From Eledone cirrhosa (taxonomy: Eukaryota): 64,000 bases of DNA. The position numbers and the translations under genes were made by a program. Location: positions 25,358,001 through 25,422,000 of the forward strand of contig OZ024750.1 in assembly GCA_964016885.1 (NCBI GenBank). The letters are read 5' to 3'. The notes beneath the pieces were generated by a model that was given only the letters and a program-made list of their open reading frames with translations, was not told the DNA's origin and ran no database searches. Positions 29,635 through 43,034 of the stretch are shown here, one piece after another (the stretch's first letter is position 1; each line of letters starts with the position of its first letter).

Positions 29635-30045
29635 CATATTTTCTGACATCCTATATATTTAAGACAGGGTTTTAAATATATAGGATGTCACATCTTCTGA
29701 CATCCTATATATTTAAGATAGAGTTTTGTCATATGTCATATTTTCTGATATCCTTTATATTTAAGACAAGGTTTTGTCACCACATCTTCTAACACCTTAT
29801 ATATATTTAAGATATGTTCTTTGTCATATGTCACACCATCTTCTGACATCTTATATATTTAAGACAGGGTGTTGTCATACATCATATCTTCTGACATATT
29901 ATATATGTAAGACATGTCCTTAGTTATATGTCACATCTTCTAACATCCTATATATTTAAGACATGTCCTTAGTCATATGTCACATCTTCTAACATCCTAT
30001 ATATGTAAAACACGGTTTGTTATATGTCATATCTTCTGACATCTT
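29635..30045. repeat. Degenerate ~45-bp minisatellite
   Basis: Variants of CATCTTCTGACATCCTATATATTTAAGAC. Confidence 0.8.
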
Positions 30046-30772
30046 TGTATACATCAAATATTGACCTTTACAATCATATCCTCCTCTTCTACCGATACAA
30101 TATTTCGGGGATGGGTTGAAAGGGGGTAGTCTCGGATTAGTTATGTCAATGTTTGATGGAATTATGTATGTCTTATTCCGGAGAAGAATAGACTCTGCCA
30201 GGCTTTATTTGTCCAAGCTAGACTGTATAAACACCGCCCTCTGGCGTGTGGCTTAGTGGTTAGAGAATTAGAGAGTTAGATTCACAACCTCATGATTGCG
30301 AGTTCAATTCCTGGACGGGTGATGCGTTATGTCCTTGAGCAAGACACTTTATTTCACGTTGCTCCTTCTGCCAGGAGCTGCGATCGGTAGATAGTATCAG
30401 CAATGGAAAGACCAATGAAAACATTGTTTCCTTGGTCCGATTTGACGAGGTCCACCCTACTAGGCAAGCAAATAAGGTCTGTGACCTTGTCGATCGACCA
30501 GAGCGAGTGACAAGGTGGCTCAAGGGACAAGAAAAGTAAAATAAAGTAAAGTGATGTGATGTATGAATGTATGAACTGCTGCTTTAATCAATTCAGAAAT
30601 CTCACGAGGATTTTCATCGATATCATTAAATATTCTTGTTATAACAAAGATTTTCCAATGAAATATTTATTACATTTTCTGATAACTTTCGACATTGACG
30701 ATATCAAAGTAGTCACGATTGAGACTTTGTAGTCTTAGATGTCACTTCTCTTTGTCTTATGTCGTCTGCCTT

Positions 30773-30774
<2 letters not shown>

Positions 30775-30830
<56 letters not shown>

Positions 30831-31116
30831 CGTGTGTGTATCTACATGTATATCCGTATCTTTCTCTGTGTGTGTGTGTGTGTGCACGTGGCTGTGTCTA
30901 CATGTGTGTCCGTATCTTTCTGTGTGTGTGTGCGTGGGTGTGTGTGTGTGTACGTGGGTGCGTGTACGTGGGTGTGTCTACATGTGTGTCCGTATCTTTC
31001 TGTGTGTGTGTGTGTGTGTGTACGTGTGTGTGTGTACGTGGGTGTGTCTACATGTGTGTCCGTATCTTTCTCTGTGTGTGTGTGTGTACGTGTGTGTGTC
31101 TACATGTGTGTCCGTG

Positions 31117-31156
<40 letters not shown>

Positions 31157-31862
31157 TGGGTGTGTTTACATGAGTGTCCGTGTCTTTCTATGTGTGTGTG
31201 TGTGTACGTGGGTGTGTCTAAATGTGTGTCCGTGTCTTTCTGTGTGTGTGTGTGTGTGCGTACGTGTGTGTGTGTACGTGTGTGTGTCTACATGTGTGTC
31301 CGTGTCTTTCTGTGTGTGTGTGTGTGTACGTGTGTGTGTGTACGTGGGTGTGTCTACATGTGTGTCCGTATCTTTCTCTGTGTGTGTGTACGTGTGTGTG
31401 TCTACATGTGTGTCCGTATCTTTCTGTGTGTGTGTGTGTACGTGGGTGTGTCTACATGTGTGTCCGTATCTTTGTGTGTGTGTGTGTGTGTGTGTACGTG
31501 GGTGTGTCTACATGTGTGTCCGTATCTTTCTGTGTGTATGCGTGTGTGTGTACGTGTGTGTGTGTACGTGTGTGTGTCCACATGTGTGTCCGTGTCTTTC
31601 TGTGTGTGTGTGTGTGTGTACGTGGGTGTGTCTACATGTGTGTCCGTGTCTTTCTCTGTGTGTGTGTGTGTGTACGTGGGTGTGTTTACATGTGTGTCCG
31701 TGTCTTTCTCTGTGTGTGTGTGTGTGTGTACGTGGGTGTGTCTACATGTGTGTCCGTGTCTTTCTCTGTGTGTGTGTGTGTACGTGGGTGTGTTTACATG
31801 TGTGTCCGTGTCTTTCTATGTGTGTGTGTGTGTACGTGGGTGTGTCTACATGTGTGTCCGTG

Positions 31863-31893
<31 letters not shown>

Positions 31894-31980
31894 ACGTGGG
31901 TGTGTTTACATGTGTGTCCGTGTCTTTCTCTGTGTGTGTGTCTGTACGTGGGTGTGTCTACATGTGTGTCCGTGTCTTTC

Positions 31981-32022
<42 letters not shown>

Positions 32023-32120
32023 TGGGTGTGTCTACATGTGTGTCCGTGTCTTTCTCTCTGTGTGTGTGTGTGTGTGTGTGTGTACGTGGGTGTGTCTACT
32101 TGTGTGTGTCCGTATCTTTG
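30775..32120. repeat. Compound (TG)n-based minisatellite
   Basis: Unit (TG)n-TACGTGGGTGTGTCTACATGTGTGTCCGTGTCTTTC repeated more than 20 times. Confidence 0.95.
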
Positions 32121-32878
32121 GTGGTACTTTATTTTATCGACCCCATAAGGATGAAAGGCAAAGTTAACCTCGGCGGGATTTGAACTCAGATCGTAAAGGG
32201 CCGTAACTCTGCGTTGCAAAGCATGGCATCCGAGACCCTCTACCGATACTGCCAACCCCCCGCCCTAGAAGTCTTTATATATTAGATGTGATGTTTATTA
32301 GATTTCTGGCCAATCTCTAGATAGAATAATATCCTTACAATCTCCTTAAATGTTTTATTTTAACTAAAAATTAACATTCGACTCTTTAAATCTTTTCCAA
32401 GCCATCTTGTGTCATCATGTTTTTATCTTGTAATGTCGGATTTCTCTGTCTTTTATTCTTTATATGTATTGTATGAGTGGAAGATGGTTTTTATTTCAAT
32501 TTAGTTGTTTTTAATGTCATTCTGAAGTTATCAACTGGAGCTTTATCTGTTGTATGTCTTCTTTGGCGATTTCTTTCTTCTGTGACATTCTACAATGTTC
32601 CACTGCTTTACGTCTAGCAGAGATCTTCATATATATATATGAAGATCTCTGCTATATCAAAATAAAAAAAGACGAAGTTAAAAACGTGCGTTAATCCCCG
32701 CGTTAATCTTTCGTAGACTTTATTATGTCCCCTATAATTCAACACATACCTCTGATTTTTTCTCAATATACTGTCATATATATACTGTCATATATATACT
32801 GTCATATATATAAAGTATAACAATATCGGTTTCAACACACGATTTCAGATAAAGAATCTTGCTAAACAAATTCAGAAA

Positions 32879-32936
<58 letters not shown>

Positions 32937-32980
32937 TAAATTCAAATATTAATAAAATAGATGTTCTTGTGATCAATTAA

Positions 32981-33046
32981 ATTTTATTATACATATTTCA
33001 GAGGTACTTGAATCAAGTTCAATAGTACGTCCTCATCAGATAAAAT
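32981..33046 (-). ncRNA. Minimal type I hammerhead, left arm of palindrome
   Basis: Reverse complement of 33149-33214. Confidence 0.8.
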
Positions 33047-33148
33047 AAAATGATACATGACATACCCTGACATGTTAAATGGTTAAGATTTAATCAAGGT
33101 AGTAAATCTTAACCATTTAACATGTCAGGGTATGTCATGTATCAATTT

Positions 33149-33214
33149 ATTTTATCTGATGAGGACGTACTATTGAACTTGATTCAAGTACCTCTGAAAT
33201 ATGTATAATAAAAT
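33149..33214 (+). ncRNA. Minimal type I hammerhead, right arm of palindrome
   Basis: Stem I AUUUUAU/AUAAAAU; CUGAUGA (33156-33162); stem II GGA..UCU with GUAC/GUAC and UUGAA/UUCAA; GAAA-UAUGUA-UA; predicted cleavage after 33207. Confidence 0.8.
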
Positions 33215-33315
33215 TTAATTAATCACAAGAACATCTATTTTATTAATATTTGAATTTAATATTAATAACTCTGGAAAATATCTATCTGTAGAGTGCTTTC
33301 AATCTACTGTAATAC

Positions 33316-34135
33316 TCATTCTTTGATGTACTCATTGAATCTTGTTAACCTCGATCTTCCTCTTCCAGTGTGTCCGTTTAGGGGCTCCCACAGGAGCACT
33401 GAATGCAGTGTCAACTCTGAATGTCGGTGAACATGTCCAGCTAACCTCACTCTCCCCTGTGTTACTTTCGAGCTGACTTTTGGGAGGCTCCCGTACAGCT
33501 GTGAGTTCTTCATCCTTCGTGTATACTGATTCATGTTCAGAGCCATCCTCAGTATTCTTGTGAAGCACCCATCCTGCATCTGAGTGAGTTTCTTGGTTAG
33601 TGAAGATAGTGGACCTGATATTTCTGCTCTACACCAACACCAGAGCCCAAGTCATTACACTTGACGGGATGACAGCTAGAGTGCTCCAGGGAGATACATT
33701 GGCTCCCTACCTTTTTATCATCGCAGTGGACTATTGTATGCGCCTTGTGCTGAAGAAACACCAGGACTCTGGCTTTACTGTAGCACTGGCTCAGATCAGG
33801 AGAGTTAAGGCTAAAAAGATATCAGATGCTGAATTTGCAGACGACATAGTTCTGGTGACAAACGCAGTGAAGGGGGCAGAGGAGTTGATGCAGGAGGTGG
33901 AGACTGTGTCGATGAGTGTGAGGCTGAGAATGAATGAGATTAAGACGAAGTATCTGGTAGACAACATTAAGAAACCAGAGAAGATTATGAATGTAGGTGG
34001 GAAGCCGTTAGAGTTGGTTGAGGACTTCCTGTATCTGGGAGCAAAGTTTGGGAACACAGAGGATGATGTGGTTGAGAGGAAGAACGAAGCCTGGGCGGCG
34101 TGCCACAGCTTGAGATCGGTGTAGAAGTCGGACCT
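33316..34135. mobile_element. RTE-like LINE fragment with 5' inversion
   Basis: Plus strand 33600-34124 has RT motifs VLQGDTLAPYLF, FADD and VEDFLYLG. Minus strand 33316-33597 has the downstream region DGCFTRILRMAL...RLAGHVHRH...LLWEP. Confidence 0.8.
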
Positions 34136-34209
34136 TGGTATATACATACATACATACATACATACATACATACATACATACATACATACATACATACATA
34201 CACACACAC

Positions 34210-34262
<53 letters not shown>

Positions 34263-34416
34263 ATAATGATAAATTTGAAGACTAAAATCCAAAGAGGGCT
34301 CGATAAGGATAAATATATATCAAATATATAAGAACCGTAGAGCAAATATTTATTAAAATAACAGATTAAAGCTTAAGCAAAGAATCGCTGCTTTCACCCT
34401 TAACGGGATCTTCTGA

Positions 34417-34457
<41 letters not shown>

Positions 34458-34905
34458 TATATGACCTGAAGAGGTAGGAAATATTCTGATATATTACCTT
34501 TTCCCACATGCGTTTCTATAAAGAGTTGCTTCCTTCTAAATATATTTGTGCTTATTTATTCATTATATATTTCCCGATTTTTGACAGATCGATGTTGTTT
34601 CCATAGTCATTAATTTTCAATTTCTACACTTCTATAGTTATTGAGTTATTGATACATCAGTTTAGTTATAGGCATTGTCAGCATCTTGCCAGCATATCAT
34701 AAAATGGCGGTATGGTGTGGTGTGATGTGGTATGGCGTAGTGTGGTGTGATGTGATGTGATGTGGTGTGGTTACGTGACTCGTTTCGTAGCACCATGTTC
34801 ACGAATTCGAATTCGAACTGAATGCAAGTAAATATCTTATCGGGTTCTCAATTCCACTTCTTAATGGAATTCGATAGACGTAAAGTACAAAAACAAGGCT
34901 TATAT

Positions 34906-34992
<87 letters not shown>

Positions 34993-34994
<2 letters not shown>

Positions 34995-35129
34995 TATTTC
35001 TGAAGACAGCATATATATGTGATGGTATGTATATTCTCCTTGATAGTTTGTATAATTTTGTACATAGATCTTTTGAATATGCATACCAATTCTAACACAT
35101 ATATGTCCTAGAAACGATCGTAAAATAAT
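34993..35129 (+). ncRNA. Type I hammerhead motif with ~100-nt stem II
   Basis: Stem I AUUAUUU/AAAUAAU; CUGAAGA (35000-35006); long stem II including UGGUAUGUAUAUUC/GAAUAUGCAUACCA; GAAA-CGAUCG-UA with palindromic stem III; GUA triplet. Confidence 0.7.
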
Positions 35130-35186
35130 AAACTTTTTTTGTTTAATATAAGGAACTGTTTCTTTGTTTTATTCATTATTTTTTTA

Positions 35187-35757
<571 letters not shown>

Positions 35758-35920
35758 ATATATGTATGTATGTGTCAATAATTGTCACAAGTTTAGTGTT
35801 TGTACCAGAGTTTTCAAGTCGCTGGCTGGACTAAAAAGTCACACTCGTTCAGCGCATCGGTAGGGGTTCTCCTACATGGATATAAAGTACTGGCCGTACT
35901 CGAAAACGAGTTGACAGCCA

Positions 35921-36022
<102 letters not shown>

Positions 36023-36165
36023 CTGTCTGTGTAAATATTTTGTATATGACGAGTGTATTCTTTAGTGCGTCTTCTCTGAAAACCTTCTGCTATCCAGCTC
36101 TCCTGGGGGTTTCCTACCACTATATATATATATATATCCGTATGTTGTTGACCGACAGTTCAAAT

Positions 36166-36263
36166 ATTCATTTTATTAAGGTTAAATAGTGAGTCTTGTT
36201 ACTCTAGAGTTTCGCCTCCTTATCAGAGTAACAAGACTCACTATTTACCCTATATAAAAATGA

Positions 36264-36266
<3 letters not shown>
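36166..36266 (-). ncRNA. Hammerhead-like motif inside a fold-back palindrome
   Basis: Minus strand CUGAUAA-GGAGGC-GAA-ACUCUAGAGU-A-ACAAGA, with a palindromic stem III and a G8>A change. Inverted arms of about 40 bp flank it. Confidence 0.5.
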
Positions 36267-36315
<49 letters not shown>

Positions 36316-36728
36316 TAATTGGCGACAAGTATCGCTGCCCACCATGACGCTTTGGAAACAACAACAAAACCCAAAACACAAACAATAACACTAATTCTGA
36401 CAATAATAAAAAATACTAATAATTAAAATTTATTTTCCTTGTGAAAACCAATTTTTTTCATCCCTCTCGAGGTAGCGTCGTTATTGGATTTCTATAAAGT
36501 AGGAAGAAAACTAATATACTGCATCAATTAGTTTTCTTCATACTTCATATGTCGTCGTCCATCTTCTTAATAGACGAAATCTTAATTCTCACGGAATCCT
36601 ACTTTGCTATACAATTAACCCTTAACTATATTTACTGAAGAGAACTGCCAGTTGTCAATCAATAGCTCCTGGTCAGTCGCCTTGTTGGTTATAAAGATGT
36701 TACTATAGCAACATCTACTGCTGTTTTG

Positions 36729-36780
<52 letters not shown>

Positions 36781-37038
36781 AACCAGTAAGACCCCGACGG
36801 CTGAGCTCAAGCCGTTTCGACGGCTAATTCTGGACTAAATTTATTCCAGAATTAGCCGTCGAAACGGCTTGAGCTCAGCCGTCGGGGTCTTACTGGTTCC
36901 TATTACCCACTCTACTACCCTAAGTATTGAGTACTTTGGTGCGTTATGGTCCACCTGGTTTCTTACCACATTTCCTTCGTTATATATATATATATAAAAT
37001 AAATAAGTCAAATATTTAAAATTTGGCTTCGGTTTATT

Positions 37039-37093
37039 ACTGCTATATATATTTCGGTGTCAGCCATCTTTGGCTGTGACCTCTTCAGGCAGT
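37039..37093 (-). ncRNA. Minimal type I hammerhead with canonical core, left arm
   Basis: Minus strand ACUGC-CUGAAGA-GGU-CA-CAGCCA-AAGA-UGGCUG-AC-ACC-GAAA-UAUAUA-UA-GCAGU. All core nucleotides and the G10.1-C11.1 pair are present. Confidence 0.85.
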
Positions 37094-37197
37094 CCGAATT
37101 AGTGTGGTAGAGACGAGTACACATGTTGTTGAGGTGTTTAACTTTGTCAATACTCTGATATGCCCAGTTCCTGGTTGGGTTGTCATTTCACTGAGGA

Positions 37198-37252
37198 ACT
37201 GCCTGAAGAGGTCACAATCAAAGATGGCTGTCACCGAAATATATATAGCAGT
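37198..37252 (+). ncRNA. Minimal type I hammerhead, right arm
   Basis: ACUGC-CUGAAGA-GGU...ACC-GAAA-UAUAUA-UA-GCAGU. Predicted cleavage after 37247. A few substitutions in distal stem II relative to the left arm. Confidence 0.8.
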
Positions 37253-37536
37253 AATAAACGAAGCCAAATTTTAAATATTTGACTTATTTATTTTAGTTTA
37301 TTTTACATTACTCCGGAGAAACCAAACCAAACTGTACACTTCGTCGAGTGCTCCAATCTGCATACACTCTGAATTTTGACAACTATTTCTGAACTGTTCA
37401 GAAATAGCTGTCGAAACGGCCGGAGTTCAGCCGTCGGGGTCCTGACTCTTTTCCTATTACCCACTCTACTACCCTAAGTATCGAGTACTCTGGTGCGTTA
37501 TGGTCCACCTGGTTCCTTACCATACTTCTTTCGTTC

Positions 37537-37581
<45 letters not shown>

Positions 37582-37587
37582 ATACCC

Positions 37588-37645
<58 letters not shown>

Positions 37646-37926
37646 AGTGTAAATTCGTGAAATCGAAGTTGCGATGGTTGGCCAGCATCCACGAAAGAAA
37701 ACAATATTCGGAGCTTTGCACGAAGCACTCAATAAGAAGATAAGGATAAGTTACATCTTAGAGTAATGAACATACGTTAAATAGCGTGACAAATTGAAAA
37801 CTGTGGTTAAAGGGACAAAGCCACAGAAGCCACTACAACAACGAAAATACAATCAGGTTATATATATATTCTAAGCTAACCTCTGTTGTCACTCTACACA
37901 TGTATTGAATACCTTATTTACTGTGG

Positions 37927-37970
<44 letters not shown>

Positions 37971-38136
37971 TCATCATCAAGGTCGGACGCCATGCTTTGC
38001 AGCACAGTTACGTTCCTTTACGCGCTGAGTTCAAATCCCGCCGAGGTTAACTTTGCCTTTCATCCTTACGGGGTCGATAAAATAAAGTACCAGTAATACA
38101 CTGGGATAATTGATGGCCTTGTGCCAAAAGTAGAAA

Positions 38137-38216
<80 letters not shown>

Positions 38217-38312
38217 CAAAGGTATTCAATACATGTGGAAGAGTGACGACAGAAGGTAAAATAGAGAAGGATTCTACAGGACTAGAAGTGTTTCATTCGT
38301 ATGAAATCATCA

Positions 38313-38357
38313 TTCCTGATGATTTCATTTGAATGAAACAGTTCTAGTCCCGTAGAA
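38313..38357 (+). ncRNA. Hammerhead motif, family B
   Basis: UUC-CUGAUGA-UUUCAUUUGAAU-GAAACAG..CCGUA-GAA. An inverted partial copy lies immediately upstream (about 38272-38312). Confidence 0.55.
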
Positions 38358-38442
38358 GCCATTTCGATATTAAACATAATATTTACACTATACTAATTTA
38401 TTGAGTACCTTATGTACTGTTGTTACCCCGGATTGAACCCAC

Positions 38443-38497
<55 letters not shown>

Positions 38498-39295
38498 GCG
38501 GTGGAAGTCCGACTGCCAGCTCAAGCGGTTTCAATATATTTCGTTATGCTGTTGTCTGGTTGTGCTACCTTCACCAATATCTCGCTATGGTTTAACGAAA
38601 GCAATTAGAAATTGCTGTGAGAAATAGAAAGAAAGAGAAAGGGTGTGGGGAAGAATGATATGACTGCATATTTTAAGACAATGCGCAGATTTAATTTAAC
38701 AATTTTCTTAGTTTGCAGGAAGGAAGAAAGACCTTGTCTGTGTTGCAACCAAGATAAGAGTTTTATCATTTCCTCACGACGTTGCAATTGTGAATGTCGG
38801 ATATGCATTTTATTTTACTTATCTCATTATTTATTTATATATTTTGGTAAATTTGGATCGTTCGATCCCTGAAAAGAATAGATTTACACATAAAGATCAT
38901 TATAAAACTTTAGAGATAACTAGACGCATAGCTCATACATATTCTCTGCTGAGAACAAAAAAAAATATTGTTCTATAGAATATTCTAGTAATAGTAAAAT
39001 ATCTGAACTTCTTGTTAAATTATCATTTCTACTTTTGGTACAAGGCCAGAAATTTGAAGGGGAAGGAAATGTCGATTAAATCGACTCTAGTGCGTTATTG
39101 ATACTTTATTTTATCGACCCCTTAAGGAAAAAAGCTAAAGCTAACCTCAGCGGGATTTGAATTCAGAATTGTTGGCCTGTTGGTCTAAATCAGAAACAAT
39201 TATTTTGATAGAAGAGGGATGTAACTATATGTCGCAAAGCATGTTGTCTGACACTCTACCGATTCTGCCAATCCACCGCCCACTGCTATCTAAAT

Positions 39296-39838
39296 CAGGC
39301 ATGTCAAACACACCTTTACAAGCACACCTGCGGCCCGCTTTTATCTTCATAATATAAAATTAAAAAAATTAGTTAAAATGTGAGCAATTAATTGTCGTGT
39401 GTGGCCCTCAGACAACACATATATGACTCATGTGGCCCTCAGACAACACACATGTGACCCATGTGGCCCTCAGACAACACACATGTGACCCATGTGGCCC
39501 TCAGACAACACATGTGTGACCCATGTGGCCCTCAGACAACACATATGTGACCCATGTGGCCCTCAGACAACACATATGTGACCCATGTGGCCCTCAGACA
39601 ACACACATGTGACCCATGTGGCCCTCAGACAACACACATGTGACCCATGTGGCCCTCAGACAACACATATGTGACCCATGTAGCCCTCAGACAACACATA
39701 TGTGACTCATGTGGCCCTCAGACAACACATATGTGACCCATGTGGCCCTCAGACAACACATATGTGACTCATGTGGCCCTCAGACAACACACATATGACC
39801 CATGTGGCCCTCGGGGGACCCGAAGTTTGACATGCCTG
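39296..39838. mobile_element. hAT (Charlie-like) MITE with internal 31-bp minisatellite
   Basis: TIR CAGGCATGTCAAAC/GTTTGACATGCCTG and 8-bp TSD ATCTAAAT on both sides. About 13 units of TGTGGCCCTCAGACAACACATATGTGACCCA lie inside. Confidence 0.9.
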
Positions 39839-40980
39839 ATCTAAATTACAATTTCTGATTTAGACCATAAGGCCAACAATTTGGGGGAGGGGAAAGTCGA
39901 TTAAATCGACTCCAGTCCGTTACTCGTACTTTATTTTATCGACCCCCGTAAGAATGATTGGCAAAGCTAACCTCGGCGGGATTTGAAATCAGACCATAAG
40001 AGGCCGTAACTATACTGCAAGTCCTGTTATCCGACACTCTACCGATTACTGCCAATCCACCACCCACTTCTATCTAAATGACACATGTAATTCCTCTATA
40101 AAAAACTATATATTTTAAAGAGAGCAGCATTAATAATTATCTTCGAACAGATTATTTTTACCGTATCTCCTTTAAACTCATTAAACTCTGCTGAAGACTT
40201 CCATTTCCTCAATAAATATGAAATAGTTTTAAATTGTTTTTCCTTCATCTAAAATCTCCAATATATATTTTACCAAATAAATTGTTATTTAGTGCAGTGG
40301 AAAAAATATATTTTGTTCAACTAAGTCAAAGTTTCATACCATATATCTAAGAACCTAATATGAATGATATTACCTTTTACATAAATACATACATACATAC
40401 ATACATGGTGGCTGCCAACTCGTTTTCGAGTACGGCCACTACTTTATATCCATGTAGGAGAACCCCTACCAATGCGTTGAACGAGTGTGACTTTTTAGTC
40501 CAGCCAGCGACTTGAAAACTCTGGTACAAACACTACACTTGTGACAATTATTGACACACACATACATACATACATACATACATACATACATACATACATA
40601 CATACATACATACATACATACGTACATACATACATATATATATATATATGTATGTATGTATGTTTGTGCGTATGTTTGTATCAAAGGGCAAAGGCGCTCT
40701 TAAGAGTCAATGGCCATCCAAAATCACCGGGAGAGATGACTCCTTAGCCTTTGTCAAGGCAGAATTCTAGAAGGAAAACTGATATAACACCTGCAACCCC
40801 GATGGTATCCAATGATGTTGACTTGTTCTTCTTTTTGGTAAATATCATCTTGGTTAAGAGAGTGGGACTGGCTTTGTGCAGTGCCTTTGCTCACTATAAA
40901 AGCTTCACGGCACAGGCATTGCTTTATATCTGGAGATCTCTCTTCACTTGTCGTCACATGGTACCATGGGCCCAGCACTA

Positions 40981-41133
40981 TGTGTCAATAATTGTCACAA
41001 GTGTAGTGTTTGTACCAGAGTTTTCAAGTCGCTGGCTGGACTAAAAAGTCACACTCGTTCAGCGCATCGGTAGGGGTTCTCCTACATGGATATAAAGTAG
41101 TGGCCGTACACGAAAACGAGTTGGCAGCCACCA
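40981..41133 (+). mobile_element. ~150-bp LINE 3'-end element encoding a C2H2 finger (copies 35771-35923(+), 40406-40558(-))
   Basis: [20 protein letters not shown][AT]H, stop, 3' hairpin CTCG-AAAA-CGAG and a TATG/TA tail. It resembles RTE C-terminal zinc-finger ends. Confidence 0.65.
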
Positions 41134-41325
41134 TGTTTGTATGTATGCATGTATGTTTGTATGTATGTATTATGTGTGTGTGTGTGTCCCGGGTTTAATA
41201 GGGAGTAACCACAATAAGGTACTCAATGCATTAGTAGAGTATATATAAAAAAAATTAATATAGAAATGGCTTCTACAGGACTAGAACTGTTTCATTTGAA
41301 AGAAATCATCATGTGCGTGATTGTG

Positions 41326-41410
<85 letters not shown>

Positions 41411-41438
41411 GTGTGCGTGCGTGCGCGCGTGTGTGTGT

Positions 41439-41470
<32 letters not shown>

Positions 41471-42729
41471 AGTGTGTAGTGTTTATGTGTGTGTGTGTAA
41501 TAAGTTTGCTAAAACTATGGATCACCGTGAGAATGATAGTGGAAGAAGATAAAGATTTAGTAGAGTAGAGTTAGAGGATATGTAAGACAATGTATAAGGG
41601 TAACAGTTATTCCAATAAGAGAACTACAGGAAGACGGAATGATGGAATTGTAGAATGTTCAGTGTTTGTTTGATGATGAAGTATATTGTCTTATATTCTT
41701 CAATGATTCAAGCTACGATTCAAAACCAAGAATGCCTTTGACGTTCAGTATTCCTGTATTAATCACCTTTTAAATATAACATAATGTCGCAAAAAAATAT
41801 ATATATTTCATTCCCATATGGCAGAGGTTCTCAAGATTTTCGGGTCACCACCTCCCCTTACGACCATGTAACATCCTCAACGCCCCCAACCCTATTTCCA
41901 GAGAAACCTGTCTACACGCAAATTGTAAATAATATATAAATGAAATCGTTAATTTATATATATAAATAATAAATAATATAATATATACTATGTATAAAGG
42001 AATATTATATATATTTTTTATTTTACTATATGTATATATAATATATATCATTTGATATACTATTATAACATCTTTACCGCCCCACTGCCCCTTAGGCTCC
42101 AGTGCCCCCTTGGACCTTCTCAATACCCTCCGGGGAGTGGTAGTAGCCACTTTGAGAATCTCTGCCCTAATGTCTTTTAAGCTCCATGTATATATCAGAC
42201 ATAAATATACAACGCAAATCCTGTTCTCTAAAGTAACGCCTTTTAATGTTTTTACACATACATTCACACACTTGCACACGTGTAAAGAAGCGACACAAAG
42301 AGGAACAAGATTAGGTTTGACTGAATATGCGGCACAATTGGTTACTGAAGAGCAAGAGAAAGTCAAAGAATAACGACTGTTTTCATCCTCTTTGAGATGT
42401 TGGAAGTTAGAGGGCAATAGGTTAATATTTGTCAGCGTCAGAAAAGTTTCTTTTGCCAGTGATAGGACAAACTGTAGTTTATGTCTATAGATAATTATAA
42501 AGTGAAAAAACTGAAAATGTTTCATGAATAACGATTAGCTCAGTAGGCAACATTTAAGGGTAAAAGAAGGGGCCGTGTGAGGATCAGAGAATTTGTTGGT
42601 TGGTTTCAAGTATGTATGTGTACATCCTATGTATGTGTACATCCTATTGAGACTGGGGGTGGAGATGAGGAATCTTGGAAGGGTTTTGTTGATAATGTGT
42701 ATTGGGACGTTGTGTTGGTTGGTTTAGAG

Positions 42730-43034
42730 CAGGGGTGAACAACATATTCTATTGGCGGGTCACTTTTGAACATTGGAACAACTATTAGAACCATTAATAT
42801 TTATTAAGCACTATTCAAATGATTCACCACAACTTCTTTCCGTAATATATAACACACATAACCCTATCAGTGAAGCCCTTTAGTATAGGTCAACTAACAG
42901 AAAATTGTATTACGGTTACGAAAAAAAATCTAAATAAGACTACAAGGTAAAAATTAAAAATGGTCATCGCGGGCCACTCTGACTGGTCTGGTGGGCCAGA
43001 TTGAGGCCCGCGGGCCACCTGTTGCACGCCCCTG
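42730..43034. mobile_element. hAT MITE
   Basis: TIR CAGGGGTGAACAAC/GTTGCACGCCCCTG and 8-bp TSD GTTTAGAG. Confidence 0.85.

Larger units (their letters stand above)
32934..33261. mobile_element. Fold-back (palindromic) Penelope-like terminal-repeat remnant
   Basis: Near-perfect inverted arms of about 159 bp with a 10-nt spacer (33093-33102). Each arm carries a hammerhead, and the element adjoins (TA)n. Confidence 0.7.
36995..37295. mobile_element. Inverted-repeat Penelope-like remnant
   Basis: Inverted arms of about 98 bp (36995-37093 and 37198-37295) with a hammerhead at the inner end of each arm and a spacer of about 100 bp. Confidence 0.7.
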
